Assembly (NCBI RefSeq): GCF_009914755.1
Contig: NC_060926.1
Direction: 5' to 3' (one strand)
Length of the DNA: 64,000 nt
Origin: the human T2T-CHM13v2.0 reference genome, Homo sapiens
The stretch's first letter is position 1; each line of letters starts with the position of its first letter. The notes beneath the pieces were generated by a model. The model worked only from the letters and a program-made list of their open reading frames with translations, was not told the origin of the DNA and made no database searches. The position numbers were made by a program, and so were the translations under genes. Below are positions 43,605 to 58,490 of this stretch, one piece after another.

Positions 43605-46600
43605 TAGTATTACACACTGAACATAGAGATATTAGTGATTCTTGGGATGTGAATTGTGGCTATGTTATTTTTGAGAGTTTCCTTAAATTAAATAGTTTTT
43701 TTAAAAAACATCAGAAATCATTTGTAAGAAAAGAATCCCATCTTTGCTCTCTGTGTGAAGATGCAGTTAAAGTGCCCCAGAAGAAGGCAAATTATGACTC
43801 TAACTGATGATAAACGTCTATAAAGACAGAAATGTTAGGGAGGTTTGGGGAAGGAGGAGAGAATACCATTTCTAACCATGATAGAGTCAGTAGTATTAGA
43901 CTATCCCTCCTGCTGAAAACAATAAAAGCTGGAAAACATACAGAATAAACTGTTTGAAGGTATTGAAATGCAATGAACAGCAGCAGGACCAAACATGAGG
44001 CAATCCTCGAGAGGAGGAACCCTCTGTGGGGAACTGGCCTCTTTCCTTAACCTTATTTGCCAGTTCTCTGCCTGGGTGAGCAGGATGTTCAGAGTCCCAC
44101 TGGGCTGAAGAAAGAGAGGTTGAAGTTCAGGGCTAGAAAAAGGTCTAAAGCGCATCAACAAAGGAACTGCAGAGAAATGAACCTTCTATACACACTTTCC
44201 CTTGAAACATTTGCCAGCTCTTAAGGTGTAACAGGCAAGACTAAGAAACCAACAGAAATTTGCAACTTGGAGGTTAAAGAGATAATCAGGGATTCCAGCA
44301 GCCACAAGGTGCTGGGGAGACAGAGATGGAGTTTAAGACTTAGGAAGGAGGACAGGCATTGGTATTACTGAATCTCAGTTGAGCCCCCAGAAGGGCCCTA
44401 TCTTAGGAATAAGGGCTACACTACAGAGGCAAGGGCAACACTGAAACAGACCAATGCTGTCTGCATAAAATTAACTGTGACAGGGTCATGGCGGTCAGCA
44501 GGCATGCTCTCTGCCTGCAGGTGGAAAATTAATCCAACCACAGAAAGGCATCTTTCAGACCCCCTGTGATTTTCAATATGCAATATCTGTAATTCAGAAT
44601 AAATCACAAATCATACTACAATTAAGACCAAATGACAGAAAACCAAGAGACGAGAAAAAAGTGAAAATATAAAGTCTTGCAGGTAATTTATTGAGTTACC
44701 AGATTTTAAAATAACTATGATCAATATGCTATAGTTAAATGAACAGTTTTCTCATAAGATTAGACTCAGTATAAGAAAGGACTAGTGAACTAAAGACAGG
44801 ATAAGCAAAAGTATTCGGATTGAAGCATGGAGAGGAAAAAAGATGGAAAACACAAAATGGGACAAGAAAGACAGGGGACATGATGGAAAGGGCTAATGTA
44901 TGGATAATTGGATTACCAGGAGAAGAAGAGGAAAGACAGAGAATGGGACAGAAATGATATAATTTTTAAAAATATTGCTTAAAAATACTGTCTGCAAAAT
45001 TAATAAAAGACCAAAAGCCATAAATTCAAGAATCTTGGAGAATGCAGGCAGATAAATATAAAGCCAACAAAATCTAGTCACATCATAGTCAAATGGTTGA
45101 AAATGAAAGATAAAGGAAAGTTTTAAGAGAATACATAATAAAAATATGCATTATCTTTAAAACAGTAAAAGTAAGACTGATGACTGATTTTTTAATAAAA
45201 GTCTGGCCAGTTATCTGGCCAGAAGACAATGACATCTTTATTGTGTTGAAAAAAATGCCAGCAAGACTTTTTTTTAACATAACACCCTCATTAAAAAAAG
45301 TATTAGATGGAATTTTTTAGGCAGAAAGAAAATGATTTTAAAAGAAATTATAAAAATACAAAAAGAAGTAGTGAGCACCCTTACCCTGTAAGAGCAAATA
45401 TGAAGGCAAATAAAATTAATAATAATAATAACTATGAGTTTGAAATATAGGTACAGTATATGACAACAATAGCATACACACAAAAAAACAGGAGGGGTGT
45501 AAATGAAGTTAAACTGTTTTAAATTTCTTGCGTTATTCAGAAACAGGTAAAAGTACTAATTTAAGATAGGCTATACTAAGTCAAGGATGCATTCTTAATC
45601 TCATGGTTAATCAAGAAAATAATACAAGAATGTATAAGTAACAGGCTAATAGATTAAAAATATGGAATAAAAATGCTTATTGATAAATAAGGTAATAAGG
45701 AAAAAATAAAAGAACAAAGAAGAGAGAAGACAAATGGAAAAAATTAGCAAGATGATAGACAAATCTAAACATTTCTGCAGTTGCATTAACTGTGACTAGA
45801 TTAACATTGAGATTAAAAGATAAAAATGCCAAATTGGATTTTAAAAACATCATTATTTACTGATTATAGAAGACACATCTTAAATATAAAGACACAGATA
45901 GGATAAAAGTAAATGGATAGAAGAGATACCAAGCAAATGCTGACCAAAGTAAAGTTAGTGCAGATAAATTATCAACATGTAAAGTAAATTTTAAGAAAAA
46001 AAGAGTTACTAGTGGTAGAGACATTTCATAATGATTAAAATACCAAATCAACAGGAAGATATAACAGTCCTAAACTGCTATGCAAAGGATAACATAGCTT
46101 TAAAATATATGAGGAAAAGGTAACAGAACTAAAAAGAAACAGACACACAAAATTATAGTTGGAGATTTTAAGATACCTCTCTCTGGGACTGTGACAAGTG
46201 GACAAAAAAACCACGAAGAATGTAAAAGATTGAGCAACACAAAAAACCATCTAGACTTATTTGATATATGTAGAATAATTCAAACAACAATGATAGAATA
46301 CAAATTTTTCATGACCACAAAGAACACATATCAACATAGACCATATTCTGGGCCATAAAGCAAGCCTCAACAAATTTCAAAAGGCTGAAATCACATACAG
46401 TATATTGTTTGATCACAATGGAATTGAACTTGAGATCAAAAGGAAAAAGAAAACTGTTAGATCAATACATATTTGGAAAATAAGAAATACATTTCTAAAT
46501 AGCCTATAGGTAAAACAAAAAATGGAAAAGAAATTAGAAATATTTTGAACTGGCTCATAATGAAAATATATCACATCAAAACCTGTGAGTTGAAGTTAAA

Positions 46601-47997
46601 GCAATGTTTAGAGGACAATATATAGCACTAACTGCATATATTATAAAAGAATAAATGTTGATAATTAGCAATTTAAGTTTCTGTCTCAAGAAGCTGGTAA
46701 ATGAACATAAAAAATAAACCAAAAATGCCTGGGACTAAATGCACATCTTAAAAAGAGGAGAAATGTTGAAAAATCAATTCTCCTAATAGAAGAAACAATA
46801 TTATAAAATAAATCAGTTAAATGAAAAACAAGCACACAACAAAAAAAATCGACAAAACTAAAATTTGATATTTTGAAGACTTACAAAATTAGTAACGCCC
46901 TGTCCATACTACTCAAGGAAAAAAAATGGGTAAAAACACAAATTGCCAATACAAGAAAATGAGAATGGAATATACAGATGTTAAAAAGATAAAAAAGAAT
47001 GTGATAAACAACTTCATATCACTACATTTGACAATTAAATAAAATGCTCAAATTTCTTAAAGACAATTTATCAAAATTGACTGAAGAAATTTGAAAAAAG
47101 TACAATCCTTGTAAACCAGTTAAATCTGCAATTAAAATCTTGTCCCCATAAGAAAACAATAGGCTCTAATAATTCACTGCTGAATTCATCAAACATATAA
47201 GGAAGAAATCATATTAATCTTACAAAAGCTTTTCAGAAATTATAAGATAAAAGAAGTTTTATTAACTCATGTCATGAAGCTAGCATAACCTCTATACCAA
47301 AATGTGCCATGGACATTACAAAAAAAAATTATAGACCAACATGTCTCACAAACTCAGATACAAAAATTCTGAACAAAATATTAGCAAATTTAATACAGTG
47401 ATATTTTTAAAAGATGATGAAGCAGACCAATAGTGTTTATTCCACAAATTAAAAAATTCAATAATTTATTCAAAATAAATAATATAATTCACTATATTAA
47501 TTGAATAAAAGATAAAATTCATATGATCATCTCAAATGATGCCCAACAAACCATTTGTAAAATTCATCACCTAATCAGGTTTTAAAAATTGGCAAAAGAG
47601 GGGAATTTCCTTATTGTAAAATAGAAAGTCTACAAAATACCTATAGTAAATATTATAATTGTAAAATATTGAATACTTTCACTCTGAATTTGACTAAAAC
47701 AAGAATGTTCACTAACATTACTTCAATTTACATAGTGCTAGAGGCCCTAGTGAGAGTGATAAGCAAGACAGAAATAAAAATTTAAATACTGGAAAGAAGA
47801 ACTACAACTGTCATTACTCTCAGATGATATGATTGTGAATGTAGAAAATAAAAAACTCCATAGATAAATATTAGAATGTGTTTATAAGGTCATTAAATAT
47901 AAAATCGACATAGAAAAATGCATTGTATTTCTATACTAGCAATAGACAATTAGAAAATGAAATTTAAAAGAATACTGCCACTTATAAATATCAATAA

Positions 47998-48301
<304 letters not shown>

Positions 48302-49745
48302 CTCAACATTTTTAACAAGCCTGTTAATAACTGCAACTCAAAATGTGTAATTCTTCACCAACTTTTACAGAATATTGATGAGAAACATTAAAACTTACAT
48401 AAGTGTTCTTGAATTGGAAGACACAATATTATTATGATGACAGTTCTCTCAAAATTCATCTATAAATGTATTTTGTAATCTCATATAAAATACTAACAGA
48501 TTCTTTGTTGAAACCTGACAAGGTGATTTTAAGTTCTATGTGGAATTGCAAAGGGCCAAGAAGAGCTGAGACAATTTTGAAACGCACACACACAATGCAG
48601 AAAATAGTCAGAGGTCTTCCTGATATTAAGATTTCTTATAAAGCTATAGTAATTAAAATAGCATGCTATTGGTACAAGGCTAGAGAAATAAATCAATAGA
48701 GTAGAAAAAGTTCAGAAACATACCCACACAAAAGGGCCACCTGATGTACCATAAAGGTGCAGCTTTAATGTTGTAAGGGAAATGAGAGCCTTTTCAATAA
48801 ATGGGGCTGGGTCAACTGGCTACTTATGAAAAAACATGAGTCTTGACCTCTATCTCACACCACAGACAAAAAAATAAAAATCAGTTGCAGATGGATTGTG
48901 AGCCGGAATGAAAAGGGTGAAACAGTAGTTTCTTTAAAAATGTAGAGTATCTTTATGACCCTTGAGTTAGGCAAAGAGTTCTCAAACTGTACATGCAAAC
49001 CACTAACCACAAATAAAAGTTTGAAAAACTGTTTTTCACTAAAATGAACAATTAAGGGCACCATTTAGAGACTGAAACATCAAGCCACAGACTAGAATAG
49101 ATATTTGCAGCCATATACTAAAGACAAAGATGAATATTAAGCAGATATTTTTAAAAACTTCTTTAAGTAAATAAGAAAAAGGCAGACAAATCAGTTTTTA
49201 AGCCTGGGAAGGAGTTGAACGGGCACTTTACAAAAAGAGGATAACCAAAATGCCAAAATCCTTATGAAAAAACAGTTCAATGTCATTAGGCCATTAAGAA
49301 ACACTAGAACCGCAAGAAGACATCTGTTAGGCATTAGAAAGATTGGCAGTACCCAGTGTTGGAGAGAATATGGAACAATTAGAAGTCTTATACAATGCTG
49401 GTGGGTGTGTAAACTCGTACAAGTGCTTATGTATTAAAACTAAATATATGTCTACCTTATGGCCTAGGAATTCCAATCATAGGCAAATATCCAAGTGTGC
49501 ATGTTTTTACCAGAAGACATGTTTGAGTATGTTCATAGCAGCTTTATGTATACTACCTCAAAACTATCAAGGACTCAGATGTCCATCCATAAATGGTGGT
49601 ATAAAATGCAATAAAAGGAACAACTTACAGCTACATGTAACAGGAAAAGAAAAGCCCTTTCAATAAATGGTGCTGGGTCAACTAGCTGCTGTCTATGCAT
49701 GAATCACAAGACATGTTGAGTGAAAGAATACATACAGTATGAGAC

Positions 49746-50183
49746 TGTAGGGTCAACACACCTGACAGCAAGAATTTAAGCATACCCTTAGAATGACCCT
49801 GCATGGAAGACACACTTGAATGTGTGCTCCAAGCTAGGCAATCCAGGAGTGACCGACCCTGAGATTTGTTCCTTACCCAGACAAAAATCTCAGGCCCTGT
49901 CCTGTCTTGGCCTACAGGGGACTGAGGCCCTGAGTTTTGGGTTAAATGAAGGTGGTTGACAGGTGGAGGTCATTGGGAGGAGGGTGCTAAGTGAAAATGC
50001 GGTATAAACTACATGTTTGCAGATGCTTGCAGTTTTCCTGCCTTGGCCCCCCGCCACTGGACTCTCCCCTGTGTTTAAGCCCCTGATAAAACCCCATGTC
50101 TCATTTCCTGGCTCTGGGTCTCTTCGTCACCCTCTTGAACCTGTAGCCTTCCCTACTGAGGTTCATAGGGGTTTGGCATGAAA
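49746..50183 (+). mobile_element. LTR47-like solo LTR inside the L1 3' region
   Basis: acacacctgacagcaa...taagcatacccttagaatgaccct; flanks gagac/gatac. Confidence 0.75.
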
Positions 50184-50308
50184 GATACCCTCTACATAAA
50201 TTTTGAGAACAGGCAAAATTACTTTATGGTGATGGAAGTCAGCATTGTGCCTATGTTGAGGGGGGATTTGATTGTGTAGGGGCCAAAGACCTGCATCTTG
50301 ATCTGGAG

Positions 50309-50592
50309 TTTTTTCTCTTATTTTTGAGACAGGGTCTCACTGTGTTGCCCAGGCTGGAGTGCAGTGCTGAGTTTCTGCTCACTGCAGCCTCAAGTGATCC
50401 CCCCACCTCAGCCTCCCAAGTAGCTGCGACTACAGGTACACAAAATCATGCTTGGTGAATTTTAAAAATTCTTTTTATAGAGACAGGGTGTTACTATATT
50501 GCTCAGGCTGGTCTCAAACTCCTAGGCTAAAGTGACCCTCCGACCTCAGCCTCCCAAAATGCTTTACAGGCATGAGGCCATCACATCTGGCC
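50309..50592 (-). mobile_element. AluJ with internal deletion
   Basis: Antisense Alu; flanks ttgatctgga/ttgatgtgga. Confidence 0.88.
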
Positions 50593-50865
50593 TTGATGTG
50601 GAAATTTATCAAATGTCCACGTAAGGCTGGTGCCCTTTTTTACTGAGTTTATGTTGTGTCTTAATGATTAAATATTGTTAATAAAGAAGTCTTCCTCCCT
50701 GAAATCCCCTCCCCCATCCTTTATCCAAACTCTCTTTTTGGATCTCAGTTTTCAAGGTCTTACTTGTGCTTTTCTGCTCAATTTCATTCCAGTTAAATGT
50801 TAGATCCGTGGTATTCATTCTACCCTAATCAACCCACACCTGGTTTGTTGAAATCCTTATAGGTC

Positions 50866-51029
50866 CAAGGCCACTGTCAGGCATGAGTGTGCAGCATGGC
50901 AGTCGTACAGCACCCTGTGCCTAGAAGGGTTTAATGCTCTGCCGTCACCAACTTGAAGTTCTTAATTTTGGAACAGAAGCCTCCAATTTCATTTTGCACA
51001 GAACCCTGAAAATTATGTAGTTGGCCCTG
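50866..51029 (+). mobile_element. MER91A-like hAT-Tip100 element
   Basis: ggtttaatgctctgccgtcacc..cttgaagttcttaa...ttcattttgcac...aaattatgtagttggccctg. Confidence 0.75.
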
Positions 51030-51070
51030 CATGCAGGCATTTTCATCCTCAGAAGGCACAGAGGTCGGTT

Positions 51071-51211
51071 CATGTTTTCAACCGTGGCTGCTCATTAGAA
51101 TAACCAAAGTTCCAGAGATTCTGAGTTAATTGGATGAGGGTGAAGCCGAGGCATGAGGAGTTTTAAAACTCCCAGCTGATTCTAATGCTCAGCCAAGGCT
51201 AAGAATGGCAG
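51071..51211. mobile_element. MER5B-like element
   Basis: tcaaccgtggctgctcattagaat...ccagagattctgagttaattgg...tgattctaatgctcagccaagg. Confidence 0.7.
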
Positions 51212-51894
51212 ATCCAGTTGGAGAGGTCATGCCAACGCAATGGTTTACCAAATATCTGGAGGGCTTAGAGGATGGAGGGATCACTTTGGGCTTCGGGTTG
51301 GAGGTGAAAGCCTGATGTGAGTTTATGGGGTGAGTTTATGGCGAGAAGTCAAATGCTTAATGTGATGGCGTTCCAGGCAGTGGCACCTGTGGGCCCAAGA
51401 GCTGCAGGCAGAGATCCCTCTGGATAGGAACAGCGCTCAGAGCCTCCTTCCTCAGCCACCATTCATGTTCTCTCATCAGCCAGTGAAAACCTGCCGATTC
51501 TCTTTTGTAATGAAGCTGTAAAGGTATGAACGAGAAAACGATGGACTTAGTCTCCAGTTGATTTTGAGAAGAGAAGGGCTCTGAGGTTTCAGATGTGGGT
51601 GCCCAGCTTGGTGGCTGCCGTGGAGGAAGGAGTGCCAGACTGCACATCAGAAGGCAGAGTTTCTAGTTCTCATCCTACCCCTGGCCACCCAAGACGCTTG
51701 CCCAATTCTTTGGGCCTCAGTTTCTCATAAAAACTGGACTGATTTGATCTGGAAGTAATTTTCCATTCCCACACGGCCATAAATGTATGGTTTGTATCTT
51801 ATTTCTTGGATATCTTTATTGTCTTATAAAGTTATCGATTATAGACTATTTATATGGGTCAGCGATTATAAAGCAATTGAAGTCTCATAAAATA

Positions 51895-52130
51895 GGAAGT
51901 CCCTGGACAGAATCCAGCCAGTAGAGGTTTTTTTTTAGCCTGAACAATATTATTTTTTTCAAAAATGTGTTGTCCACATTATGAGATTTCATATTAAAAT
52001 GCACATTTACAGTTTCTCTTGAAACAACAGGAGATCTGGCAACTCTGGGCCTGCTTTGGGCAATTCTTGCAGACACTGGTGCTCAGGAGGGGCTGCCCTT
52101 TTGGACAGAGCATGCACTTGCCAGCTCACC
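51895..52130. mobile_element. MER102-like hAT-Charlie element
   Basis: tttctcttgaaacaacaggagatctggcaactctgggcc. Confidence 0.6.
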
Positions 52131-53980
52131 CCAGTCCTCACCACTCCCTATTCTATCCCAGTGGCCTCGTTGACTTACACTAGCAGTCATATCCCTAGCG
52201 GTGCATTCAAGTTCCTTCATGCACTGAGGATTTCTTGAGGACTCCTTCAACTGAATATTCATTGCCTGCTTCTTGCTGGCTTAAAATTAGAATTAGGTTT
52301 CGTTAGAAATGACAGTCTAATGGTATTAGACATTCTTCCATTCCCTCGTTTGTCTCGTCTGACTGTGACCACAGAGCACGTCTCTGCTCTCCAGCCTCAA
52401 AGATGATATGACCTCTCTTCGGACATACTGGCTCTAAGAAAACAAACAAAAACTTGGTAATTGGGGCTTCTGCAGGAATGTATGTTCATTTCCATCTTCC
52501 TGTAATCCACTGCATTCTTTAGGCCCTCTGAGTCTTCTAAACATTCAGGCCAAGTGATCTTCAAGTTATTTTTCTAACCACAATTATCCAAATCCTGTTT
52601 TGTTTTCTCTCTTCTTTCCAAGTGTTCAGTTGGCGTCACTTAGGCTTTGTTGGAGGCAGCTGAGTCTTTCAGGGTCGGGGTGTTTTCCTTGGTTGTGGTC
52701 TGAAGGCGATTGGTGGGATAAGAGGTCAGCCCACGGCTTCCATCCTCACCACTACAAGGCCACCTGCCAGAGGCGCCTCACCCCTGACCTTCTCCCAAGG
52801 ATGGCCAGGGCATGAGGAGGACTGGAGAAAGGAACCCAGGCTGCCCCACCCACCACAGCGGGGCCCTCGGTGAGACTGGTCCGTGGTTGTTTTCTGTGTT
52901 GGTCACGGATCCCTCCCCATGCCTTCACCCTTTCCTGCACGTCAGGCGGGAGCCAGTCACTGCCGTCTGAGAGGCACAGCTTGGGCAGAATGCTTCAGGC
53001 AGCCCCTGTCGTGAGGACAGCGAAGGGCACCCTTGGGCTCCATTTGTGCTTTGATGAGAACTGGAACTTTGTATCCAGTGTCCAAGTCTGAAGTGATCCG
53101 TGATCCTGGCAGACTCGGGTTTGTGATTAGAAGTGCACGGAACATGAGAAATCATTAAGGAGTGGAGGAACATTTTGGAGTGTGGCCTGTCACAGGGAAA
53201 GAGTCCTGTGTCCCCTTCGTCAAGCTGACCAGGCCACCTCCAAACCACCCAGTCTCCACTCTCACCAGCCACCACCCCTCCTGTCATCCTTCTTGGAGGG
53301 TGGGGAGGGACGGCAAGGTTCTTTCTTCCACCTTTATATTTTCTTGTAAATATAAAACCTTTGCCCCTAAAGGAGGCCACTTGTAAAGAAAGGCTTAAGA
53401 AGTGACCTGAAAATAAAACCACAGCTGCCCAATCCACACTGAGGAAGGGGTGGAGAGGTGTCAAATGTAGTGCAGGGCACAGCAAGCCCACTCCCCAGGG
53501 CTGCTGTCTTTCCACGACCCTCTCACTGGCTCCTCTTGAAGTCTATGCACTTGGAGTGAGGCCACGTTTCTGCTTTTTCGATGATGAAAGCTGCTGCAGA
53601 TCCCCTATCTGTGAAGTCATTTGGCAGAATCTGCGTGTTGTTGATATCAGCCATTGAAGTGAAGTCTCTTAAAATAGGCTTCTGGGACTCCGGGCACCGA
53701 TGTCCTCAAAGCTCAGTGACACCAGCAGCTAAGAGACCTTGCGTAAAAATAGCCAGGGGTGAGCAGGTGGCACTTGCCCCTGACGCATGCTCACCACCTC
53801 CTCTCAGCTGTCAGCACCTCTGTCCTCTGATGTCCCACCTTCTCCCTATTATCCACCCCTTCTTCTCCCACTTGGTCCCCTCCTTATAGCAGAGCCACTG
53901 AATGATTCCTGGCCAAGGACCAATAAAACCTGGCCGTCAGATTTCCCTGTGCCTAGCATTTGGGAGACTATGGCACATCA

Positions 53981-54689
<709 letters not shown>

Positions 54690-55399
54690 CTACCAAGTAG
54701 GACACCTTAAACTTGATTAAGTTTTGAGGCAGCTGGTTGTTGCTACTGCTGTTGTTTTTCCAGGACTTTAGTAATAATCTCTCCCTCCTCATTTCTGAGC
54801 AAGTATTAAACAAACCCTTATCAAGCTGGCATTCCTATCTCACCAGGGCTACCATGTCCTGCTGTGCAGAGTGTGCACTGCTCAAGGCCAGACAGCACCA
54901 TTCCCATCAACAAGGAGATTAATAGGGTCCCCTGGCCTTGTGCAGTGTGGCAGCCCTACCACCCATAATTTCCTTGTTGTCTTCTCCCCAGTTCTTTCTG
55001 TTCTACAGATCCTGATAGAGTGATCTGGTAGGTAGGAACAGAGGCCCTCAAGATATGGGGAATTTGAATTAAAAGGAACTCCCTTATTCCTTCCCTCTGC
55101 CCTATTTCAAGTGTTTTTGTCACCCAGGCCATCTCTTTGCTTTCCCTTTAAATATTTCCTTTTAAATCTTTTAAAATCCCTAATATCACTTTGATCTAAG
55201 ATGTTATTGATCTTGTTGTAGGAAGTCTGAGAACACTCTAAGGGCTATTGACAAAAGTGAGTTCTCACCTTGGCCACACTTATTCCCCTAATCTCATCCT
55301 CTTCTGTCTCTCTACCTGAGAAAGATAAAAAATGTGGAAGCGATTCACTGTCAAGAGAGACTGCCTGGGATTCTAACAGCAGAGTGGCATCAATATTAA

Positions 55400-56200
55400 T
55401 TGAAAGCTCCTTCAGCTGGAAGGGATCTGAGAGGTCATCTATGACCCTTTACCCAGTGAGAGGAATCCAATTCTTCTTGATTATGTTTGTGACTGAACAC
55501 TCATCATCTCACCGGATAGTTCAGTCCATTGTTGACTTTGTCTTATCGTTTGATACTCTTTGAGCCAAAATTATACTGAACCAGAATCAACTGGCTTTCT
55601 GGCTGGAAGTCCCTACCATGTGTCGAGCAAAGCACTGGCAGCTGGGGACACAGAGGTAAATTAAAGATACATGCTGCCTCCCACGAGGTCACAGCCAGTG
55701 ACTGTTCCACAAAGGGATAACCACAATGAAATAGGCAGAACATGAGGAGAGTACCCAGCAAAGCCTCAAATTCAGCTGAAAGTTCTGCAGGTGACTGAAG
55801 TGGGTTTTGAATGTTTTGTTTTCCAGAAACACTCATTACAAGTTACACTTCATCTACATAACAGCTCTGTAATTTTTATAATAATAATTGTATCCCACCT
55901 TTATCTTCTTGTATTATAGTTTAACATCCTCATTGACTTCAGCCATGTCCTGTAGCACATGAATTTTTTTTTATTACGAGGGTTTTCCCTATCTAACATT
56001 CTCTTGGAAATGTTAAACCCCAACTGAGCCCAGTATTCCCAACGGGGCAGTGTGCAGAGAACCATTATTTCCCATTGCCTTGGTGTTCTAGTCATGTGGC
56101 CAATGAGTAGATTCCTGTATTTTGGAGGTCATTGTTTGATGGTTAAAACTTAACCCCCTCCTGCCCAAATGTTTTCTGGATAAACAGCTACAAAGCCAGG
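55400..56200 (-). mobile_element. L3/CR1 remnant
   Basis: ORF 55901-56095 (WEIMVL..LPRWEYWAQL..KRMLDRE..YRTWLKSMRML) parallels CR1 ORF2 ([23 protein letters not shown]...YEERLKELG); agctggaagggatctgagaggtcatct is a 3'-end motif. Confidence 0.6.
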
Positions 56201-56449
56201 GACTCTACTTATTTTTTTCAATTAAAGCAGCTTAGAATGACCCACTTATGTGCCTTCTGCTTGGCACTTGTGCTGCATTACTGTGGCCTGCAGTTCACCT
56301 TGCCAATGTCAATACTTCTCTGAATGAAATCAAATTGCCTTGCAACTTGGAACTTGGACCCACCTGTTCTCCTTACTTTCACCGTCATCATGGAGACCTT
56401 TGCATCTGAGTCATAGGTCTCATGTCTTCCTGGAAGACATCAGAATAAT

Positions 56450-58490
56450 TTTACACAACATATAATGGAAAGGGACAATTCCATGCTTTACTTCTCAACT
56501 CCTATTCCCAGAGACAATAACTTCAAATTCTTTTATCTGCTTCTTCTAAACCAGGTAGTACAAACAAGTTATTTGATAAAATGGAACACTTAGCTCCATT
56601 TATCAAGCAAGTTGTTTATACTACTATTTCTTGCTTTTAACATTTTTCATATGTTTCTTGATTTTAAAATGTTATTTAGCTCTTACCGTCTTGTTCTTGT
56701 GGGAAATAAGGTATAGATTAATTTAAACCTCACTATCTTCCTCACGCTCTCCTCTTTCTTTTGCCTTCCCATGCTTTCAATATGGCGTTAGCAAACATTT
56801 TTGTGAAATCAGTGTATGGTGATTATCATTATGACTCTGTGAATATTATACACACTGAGCCTTGGTTCTGTTTTTGTTTTGCCATGACTCTATTTCCTTT
56901 CTTGTTGTGTTTTATAGATTTAACAATTAACTCATTTTTTCCTTATTTGCTTGCTTATTATCTGTCATTAATTCATTTTCAAATTCTGCACTGGGAATGT
57001 ACATCTCCTAACAAACTGAGAGTCTATCAGTTTAATCCAACCCACCCTTTTTCACATCCTTTCTAGAGTCCCCCTGTCATCCTGTTCCAAACTGCACTGA
57101 TTGCGTTCTAGCTGCAGAATTTCTTTTCATCTCCCTTGTGAGAATTCCTTTTCCTTTCTCCTGGGTTGTATCTCTTGATTCCTGGATCTTAAACCTTCTT
57201 TTTTAATTTTTTTGAACATTTACTCATTTTGGTAGAATACTTTCTTACATAGCTTCTTCTTTTTTTGTTTAATGTTTTATTTTTGTTTTAAGTTCTGGGG
57301 TACGTGTACAGGATGTCCAGGTTTGTTATATAGGTAAATGTGTGCCACAGTGATTTACTGCACCTATCAACCCAGCATGCATTAGGTATTAAGCCCAGCA
57401 TGCATTAGCTATTTTTCCTAATGCTCTCCCTCCCCCGACCCCACCCCTGACAGGCCCCAGTGTGTGTTGTTGCCCTCCCTGTGCCCATGTTTTCTCATTG
57501 TTCAACTCCCACTTATAAGTGAGAACATGCAGTATTTGGTTTTCTTTTCCCACCTTAGTTTGCTGAGGATAACGGCTTCCAGCTCCATCAATGTCCCTGC
57601 AAAGAACATGATCTTATTCCTTTTTATGGCTGCATAGGATTGCATGGTGTATATCTTACATAGCTTCTTGAGAAAGACTGCATGGGCAATAAAATCTCTG
57701 ATATTGTGAATGCTCAAGTACTTTAGTCTGTGCACACATATAACTCATTTGGCTAGGTATGGAATTCTAAGATGGAAATTATTTTCCTTCAGGATTTTGA
57801 AGGTATTTCTCCATTGTCCTCTAAGTTCCAGTTCATTGTTGAGAAATTGAATGCCATTTTCATTTGCATCTGTTGAATTTTGCCTGGTTAATTTTACTTC
57901 TTTCTTTCTGGAGAAATGTAGAAGTCCTCTTTGTCCCTGGGGTTCTGGGGCTCAAAGTTTACCATGATGAGTCTTGGTTTGAATCACTTGGGATTCTTTC
58001 AGTCTTGAAACATGTCACATTCAGTTCTGGAAAATTTTCTTGTGTTTTATCTTTGATTATTTTCCCACCTCCATTTTCTCTATCTGCCCTTTTTAGAAGT
58101 TCTAATATCTTCAATGGATCTACCAATGTTCCTATTTTTTCTTTTCTATTTTCTCTATTTTTTGCCTTTTTATTCTGTCCTTTAGGACATTTCTTCAATT
58201 TTTAACTTTCAATCCTTCTAACTGAATTTTATTTCTGCTATCACAATTTTATTTTTTTTAAAGCTCCATTTTGGTCTTTGAATGTTTCTTTTTATTGAAT
58301 CTTCTGCCTGTCCCATGAATACAAAGTCTTCCTTTACCTCCCAGCATATTAACTTCATTTTTTAATGTCCTTCTACTTCTATATTTTCTGTTTTTTATGA
58401 ACTTGTCTTGGGTTGTGTGTGTGTGTGTTGCTGCCTTTCATGTTAGAGATTTTGCTTAAATCTTTTATCTTTGGCTATACACTCATAAGC
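56450..58490 (-). mobile_element. HAL1-like / L1 ORF1-derived old LINE
   Basis: ORF 57959-58198 contains ENGGGKIIKDKTQENFPEL (L1 ORF1-like) with no ORF2 downstream. Confidence 0.6.
57259..57653 (-). mobile_element. 5'-truncated L1PA 3' end (about L1PA8-13)
   Basis: cccacttataagtgagaacatg; perfect 16-bp TSD tcttacatagcttctt at 57243-57258 and 57654-57669. Confidence 0.93.

Noticed and set aside
52876-52892. Short similarity to the Y RNA 5' end (ctggtccg..tggt)
   Set aside because: Similarity does not extend beyond about 14 nt.
52925-53515. 196-aa minus-strand ORF, the longest in the window
   Set aside because: Non-ATG start, no homology I can recognise and no exon structure.
53581-53790. 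ATGATGA as a possible snoRNA C box
   Set aside because: No CTGA D box within a typical distance and no terminal stem.
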